Positions 49,224 through 53,519 of a stretch of DNA of 53,519 bases are shown here, piece by piece (within the stretch, counting starts at the first letter, position 1; each line of letters starts with the position of its first letter). The DNA is from Desulfuromonadaceae bacterium UBA5613 (GTDB taxonomy: Bacteria; Desulfobacterota; Desulfuromonadia; Desulfuromonadales; UBA2197): assembly GCA_002424625.1 (NCBI GenBank), contig DIKR01000066.1, positions 26,649-80,167 on the forward strand. The letters run 5' to 3'. Both the position numbers and the translations under genes were made by a program. The notes below the pieces were generated by a model that was not told the DNA's origin, did no database searches, and saw only the letters and a program-made list of their open reading frames with translations.

Positions 49224-50360
49224 ATGAAACGGACTGCGCAATTATTGACTTTTTTTGCAGTAATGCTCCTGACGGTTGTGGCCTTTGCCGCAGAGCCCCT
49301 GAAGATCGGTGCCCTTTTTTCAGTGACCGGCCCCCCCTCTTTTCTCGGGGAACCGGAGCGCAACACGGCGCAGATGGTGGTTGATGAAATTAACAAAAGT
49401 GGCGGGATCAAGGGAAGGAAGCTTGAACTGGTCATTTACGATACGGCCGGCGACGCCACCAAGTCGGTGCAGTTGGCCAATAAACTCATCAAGGATGACA
49501 ACGTCGTCGCAATCATCGGACCGAGTACCACCGGTGAAACAATGGCAGTTATTCCGGTCGTTGAAAAGGAGAAGGTTCCCTTGATCTCCTGTGCTGCCGG
49601 CAGCAAAATCACCGATCCGGTCAAACCCTGGGTCTTCAAGACGGCGCAGAATGATGGACTTGCTGTGGCTAAAATCTTTGAGAACCTGCAAAAGAACAAA
49701 ATTAATAAAGTTGCGATTCTCACTGTCTCTGACGGCTTTGGTGCTTCCGGCCGCGAGCAATTAAAAATCCATGCCGCCAGTTATGGCATGTCTCTGGTCG
49801 TTGACGATACCTACGGGCCCAAAGATACGGATATGACCGCCCAACTCACCAAGATTCGCGGCAGCGAAGCTCAAGCGATCATCTGCTGGGGGACGAACCC
49901 CGGACCTGCTGTCATCGCCAAGAATGTCAAGCAGTTAGGGATCAAGCTGCCGCTTTATATGAGCCATGGCGTCTCTTCTAAAAAGTTCATCGAACTTGCC
50001 GGTGATGCGGCGGAAGGGATTATCCTCCCCTCCGGCAAGGTTATTGTTGCTGACCAGTTGCCGGCCAGTGATCCGCAAAAGAACTCCCTGATCGGTTACG
50101 TGCAGAGCTACCAGAGACTTTATGGCGTCGAAGGGGATCATTTCGGCGGCCACGCCTGGGATGCCATCAATCTGCTCAGACGCGCCATCGAAGCCGGGGC
50201 GACCACCCGCGAGACGATTCGTGAGCAGATCGAGAAAAGCAGCAACTTCGCCGGTATCGGCGGCGTCTTTACCTTCTCGGCACAGGATCATGCCGGACTG
50301 ACCAAGGATGCTTTTGTCCTGGTGCGGATCAAGGGTGGCGATTGGCAGGCCCTTGAGTAA
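49224..50360 (+). CDS. ABC transporter substrate-binding protein, LivK type (copy 2, tandem paralogue)
   Basis: Roughly two-thirds identical by eye to copy 1 over its full length. Confidence 0.9.
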   Translation: MKRTAQLLTFFAVMLLTVVAFAAEPLKIGALFSVTGPPSFLGEPERNTAQMVVDEINKSGGIKGRKLELVIYDTAGDATKSVQLANKLIKDDNVVAIIGPSTTGETMAVIPVVEKEKVPLISCAAGSKITDPVKPWVFKTAQNDGLAVAKIFENLQKNKINKVAILTVSDGFGASGREQLKIHAASYGMSLVVDDTYGPKDTDMTAQLTKIRGSEAQAIICWGTNPGPAVIAKNVKQLGIKLPLYMSHGVSSKKFIELAGDAAEGIILPSGKVIVADQLPASDPQKNSLIGYVQSYQRLYGVEGDHFGGHAWDAINLLRRAIEAGATTRETIREQIEKSSNFAGIGGVFTFSAQDHAGLTKDAFVLVRIKGGDWQALE

Positions 50361-50419
50361 AGAGTTCTACCCGGTTTCCCTTTTGTAATCGTAGTTCACA
50401 GGTTTTTCAGTTTAGCAAC

Positions 50420-50464
50420 AACCGGCAGCGCAGGCACATACTTTGCCTCCGCTGCCGGTTTTTA
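50420..50464 (+). terminator. intra-operon hairpin / partial terminator between the binding-protein and permease genes
   Basis: AACCGGCAGCG...CGCTGCCGGTT long stem (inner AGGCA/TGCCT extension) followed by TTTT, 10 nt before the livH ATG. Confidence 0.5.
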
Positions 50465-50474
50465 CAGGAACGGC

Positions 50475-51356
50475 ATGAATTTAACCGATCAATTGACGCA
50501 ATATATCCTGTCCGGGCTTTCAACCGGCGCCATCTATGCCCTGATTGGGCTCGGTTTTGCCATCATTTACAACTCCACCGGCATCATCAATTTTGCCCAA
50601 GGGGAGTTTGTCATGTTCGGCGGCATGCTGGGGGTCTATTTCTTTCATAAGCAGGGGTTGGCATTGCCGATCGCTTTTCTCCTCGCGGTCGTGGTCACTG
50701 CTTTGTGTGGAGTCATCTTTGAGCGTTTTGCCATTCGCCCCTTGCGACGACCGACGCCGATGAATATGGTCATCATCACTATCGGCGGCAGTATCTTCCT
50801 GCGCGGCGTGGCGATGATCGCCTGGGGGAAGGATACCCACGTCCTGCCGACCTTCTCCGGTGACGAGCCGATTTCCTTTGCCGGCGCCACCCTCCTGCCG
50901 CAGCACTTGTGGATCTTTGCCATTACCATCTTGCTGATTATCGGCACCAAGCTCTTCTTTTCCCACACCATCAGCGGTAAAGCGATGTCTGCCTGTGCGG
51001 TGAATCGCCGCGCTGCCGGACTGGTCGGCATCGATGTGCGGCGCATGATTATGTTCTCCTTTATTCTCTCTTCCGCCATCGGCGCCATGGCCGGGATTAT
51101 CATTGCTCCTTTGACCATGACTTCTTACGATGTCGGAGTCATGCTCGGTCTCAAAGGGTTCTGTGCGGCGATTATCGGCGGCATGAGCAGCGGCCTCCCC
51201 ACCGTGATTGGCGGTCTATTGCTCGGCGTCCTCGAATCGCTCGGGGCCGGTTTCTCTTCGGGCTATAAAGACGCGGTCGCCTTTGTCATCCTCCTCTTGA
51301 TCCTCTTCTTCCGACCACAAGGCCTTTTCAGTCGCGGTTCAAGTGAAAGGGTCTAG
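50475..51356 (+). CDS. livH: branched-chain amino acid ABC transporter permease (LivH type)
   Basis: 293 aa, multi-TM. N-terminus LSTGAIYALIGLGFAIIYN and INFAQGE are typical of the family. Confidence 0.9.
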   Translation: MNLTDQLTQYILSGLSTGAIYALIGLGFAIIYNSTGIINFAQGEFVMFGGMLGVYFFHKQGLALPIAFLLAVVVTALCGVIFERFAIRPLRRPTPMNMVIITIGGSIFLRGVAMIAWGKDTHVLPTFSGDEPISFAGATLLPQHLWIFAITILLIIGTKLFFSHTISGKAMSACAVNRRAAGLVGIDVRRMIMFSFILSSAIGAMAGIIIAPLTMTSYDVGVMLGLKGFCAAIIGGMSSGLPTVIGGLLLGVLESLGAGFSSGYKDAVAFVILLLILFFRPQGLFSRGSSERV

Positions 51357-51363
51357 CGGCGCT

Positions 51364-52332
51364 ATGCAACGCGAACTGTTAAAATTTGCCCTTTTCGCTG
51401 CTTTGGTCCTGGTTGTCGCCCCCCTCTACTTTCAAGGCGGTTACATTCTCAATGTCCTGGTCTTTGTCGGCATCAATACCATGCTCGCCATCGGTTTGAA
51501 TCTGCTGCTGGGCTTTGCCGGACAGATCTCCCTTGGCCAGGCAGCCTTTTACGGCCTCGGCGCCTATGTCTCGGCGATCCTGACCACGACGCACGGTTTT
51601 AATCCCTGGCTGGCGATGATCTTTGCCGCCCTGGCGATCGGCGCCCTTGCTTTTGTCATCGGCTTTCCGATCCTCAAGCTCAAAGGGCATTATCTGGCGA
51701 TGGCAACCCTCGGTTTCGGCATCATTGTTTATATCGTTATCAACGAATATGTCGATCTCACCGGCGGTCCCTCCGGTTTTCCCGGTATCCCCAATCTGAG
51801 CATCGGCAGCTTCAGCTTTGACAGCGATATGAAGAACTATTATCTGATCTGGGGTGCGACCCTCGGCGTCATGCTCCTGGCGATCAATCTTGCCCGTTCA
51901 CGCATCGGCCGTGCCTTGCGGGCGATCCACGACTCGGAAGTCGCGGCCCAGGTCCTGGGGATCAATGCCCGTCTCCTCAAAGTGCAGATCTTTGCCTGCT
52001 CAGCGATGATCTCCTCCCTCGCCGGCAGCCTTTATGCCCACTACATCACCTTCGTCTCTCCCAGTACCTTCGGCTTTCATTTCTCGGTCGAACTTTTGAC
52101 CATGGTGGTGATTGGCGGTTTGGGGAGCATCTACGGCTCCTTTCTCGGCGCCACCCTGATTACCCTTTTGCCGGAAATTCTCCGTACCTTCCATGATTAC
52201 GACATCATTTTTTATGGTGCCTTACTGATGATCATGACTATTTTCCTGCCGGGCGGGCTGATTCAAGGCGGGACTCTGGCCTGGAATTTTCTCCGCAAGA
52301 GTTGGGGCGGGAAGGGGGGCGCCGATGCTTGA
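51364..52332 (+). CDS. livM: branched-chain amino acid ABC transporter permease (LivM type)
   Basis: GFAGQISLGQAAFYGLGAY and GHYLAMATLGF. ATG chosen; a GTG at 51343 would overlap livH. Confidence 0.9.
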   Translation: MQRELLKFALFAALVLVVAPLYFQGGYILNVLVFVGINTMLAIGLNLLLGFAGQISLGQAAFYGLGAYVSAILTTTHGFNPWLAMIFAALAIGALAFVIGFPILKLKGHYLAMATLGFGIIVYIVINEYVDLTGGPSGFPGIPNLSIGSFSFDSDMKNYYLIWGATLGVMLLAINLARSRIGRALRAIHDSEVAAQVLGINARLLKVQIFACSAMISSLAGSLYAHYITFVSPSTFGFHFSVELLTMVVIGGLGSIYGSFLGATLITLLPEILRTFHDYDIIFYGALLMIMTIFLPGGLIQGGTLAWNFLRKSWGGKGGADA

Positions 52333-53077
52333 AGTCAAGGAGATCACCTGTGTCTTTGGCGGACTGGTCGCGCTGGATAAGGTCAGCTTTACCATCCGTC
52401 CAGGGGAGATCACCGGCGTTATCGGCCCGAACGGCGCCGGCAAGACCACCCTGTTTAATATTGTCAGCGGTATCTACAGCCGCACCGCCGGCCAGGTCCT
52501 CTTCAGCGGCCGCGACATCAGCGGTCTGCCCCCCGACCAACTCGCCCGCCTCGGCCTGGTCCGCACCTTCCAGAACATCGAACTCTTCGGACAGATGACC
52601 GTCCTTGAGAACGTCATGGTCGGTCTGCATACCAAGAGCCATTGCGGCATCCTTGCCTGTGCCCTCAAACTCCCCTGGCATCTGGCGGAAGAGAGGCGGA
52701 TTCGCGCCCGTGCCCTTGAACTCCTGGACTATGTCGGCATTGCCGATCTCGCCGATGACTCCGCTGCCAGTCTCCCTTTCGGCAAAGGGCGCCTTCTTGA
52801 GATCGCCCGCGCTTTGGCGCTGGAACCGCAAATAATGTTGATGGATGAGCCGGCCGCCGGTCTCAACAGTCGCGAAACCTGGGAACTCGGCGATTTGATC
52901 CGCAAGATCCGCAGCAGCGGCGTTACCGTCGTGCTGGTTGAGCATGACATGGAACTGGTCATGGATGTCTGCGACGCCATCGTTGTCCTCAATCTTGGCC
53001 AGAAGCTCGCCGAGGGGACACCGCGGCAGATTCAGGACAATAGCGCGGTGATCGCCGCTTATCTTGGGGAAGGGTAG
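52325..53077 (+). CDS. livG: branched-chain amino acid ABC transporter ATP-binding protein (LivG type)
   Basis: Walker A GPNGAGKTT, signature-region LPFGKGRLLEIARAL, Walker B MLMDEPAAG. Confidence 0.93.
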   Translation: MLEVKEITCVFGGLVALDKVSFTIRPGEITGVIGPNGAGKTTLFNIVSGIYSRTAGQVLFSGRDISGLPPDQLARLGLVRTFQNIELFGQMTVLENVMVGLHTKSHCGILACALKLPWHLAEERRIRARALELLDYVGIADLADDSAASLPFGKGRLLEIARALALEPQIMLMDEPAAGLNSRETWELGDLIRKIRSSGVTVVLVEHDMELVMDVCDAIVVLNLGQKLAEGTPRQIQDNSAVIAAYLGEG

Positions 53078-53081
53078 GGAG

Positions 53082-53519
53082 ATGGAATTTCTCAAGATCA
53101 AGAATATCAATACCTATTATAACGCCGTCCACGCCTTGAAGAATGTCTCCCTCCATCTTGATCGCGGCGAGATCGTCACCCTCATCGGCGCCAATGGTGC
53201 TGGTAAAACGACCCTGCTCAATACCCTCTCGGCGGTGACTCCCGCTCGATCCGGGGAGATCCTTTACGACCAGCAGCGGATCGAAGGGTGTGAGCCGGAG
53301 CGGATCGTCGAACTCGGCATTTCGCAAGTGCCGGAAGGGCGGCAGGTTTTCAAGCCGCTGACCGTGGAGGATAATCTCGAACTTGGCGCTTATCTCCGTT
53401 TCCGGCGGCGCGAGTCGCGTAAAGCGATCCGGGCGGATCTGGAGGAGATGTACCTCCTCTTTCCGCGCCTGCGTGAACGCCGCAAACAGCTTGCCGGAAC
53501 CCTCTCCGGCGGCGAACAG
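53082..53519 (+). CDS. livF: branched-chain amino acid ABC transporter ATP-binding protein (LivF type), 3' truncated by the window edge
   Basis: Not in the ORF track because there is no stop in the window. My own translation is MEFLKIKNINTYYNAVHALKNVSLHLDRGEIVTLIGANGAGKTTLL...LSGGEQ, in frame to nt 53519. Confidence 0.9.
   Translation, partial: MEFLKIKNINTYYNAVHALKNVSLHLDRGEIVTLIGANGAGKTTLLNTLSAVTPARSGEILYDQQRIEGCEPERIVELGISQVPEGRQVFKPLTVEDNLELGAYLRFRRRESRKAIRADLEEMYLLFPRLRERRKQLAGTLSGGEQ

Noticed and set aside
52238-53110. 290-aa minus-strand ORF.
   Set aside because: It is antisense to livG and is a shadow ORF.

Overview
This is a densely packed, mostly co-directional chromosomal window of about 57 protein genes, one tRNA, and short intergenic regions. 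It probably comes from an anaerobic Desulfuromonadales/Geobacter-like bacterium. That lineage call is an inference from gene content (desulfoferrodoxin, rubrerythrin, indolepyruvate:ferredoxin oxidoreductase, split B12 mutase) and moderate GC, not from any search.

Content, left to right:
- cobO-like (5' truncated), MCM B12-binding subunit, meaB, tRNA-Val(CAC)
- enolase
- a REC-histidine kinase translationally coupled to an FAD protein, a YhaM-like HD nuclease, an MBL hydrolase and coaBC
- a secreted Zn-phospholipase-C-like protein
- a family-4-like UDG with a degenerate active site
- the rbr-dfx oxidative stress pair
- an S1-domain protein, tlyA, an Mre11/Rad50-like pair (YhaO/YhaN type), HIT, an RSH protein, a polysaccharide deacetylase
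- a Bax/glucosaminidase lipoprotein
- UDP-glucuronate 4-epimerase, REC, Usp, greA, DUF1858, recG
- maeB
- a thioesterase and an MBL protein
- DUF1858, coaD, rsmD
- a dGTPase-like protein
- yhbY with bioA, bioD and bioB, carrying a clear BirA-type operator
- two tandem XRE-cupin regulators and a TPR protein
- ihfB, a Na/Pi symporter and a Ppx/GppA protein
- iorAB, paaK, an ACT protein and a Liv-type ABC transporter with two binding proteins (livF runs off the 3' edge)

I found no CRISPR array, transposase, integrase, phage genes or obvious genomic island. I cannot support a claim of a new multi-gene system here, because the window reads as core genome.

The best second-look items are:
- the Rad50-like ATPase with a membrane hairpin in place of a zinc hook
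- an RSH protein with an intact hydrolase but an apparently dead synthetase domain
- a GraL-like promoter and terminator leader in front of greA
- a UDG-like protein with substituted catalytic motifs
- a terminator-like hairpin abutting the start codon of the Bax-like gene

Small-motif coordinates were counted by eye and may be off by 1-2 nt.
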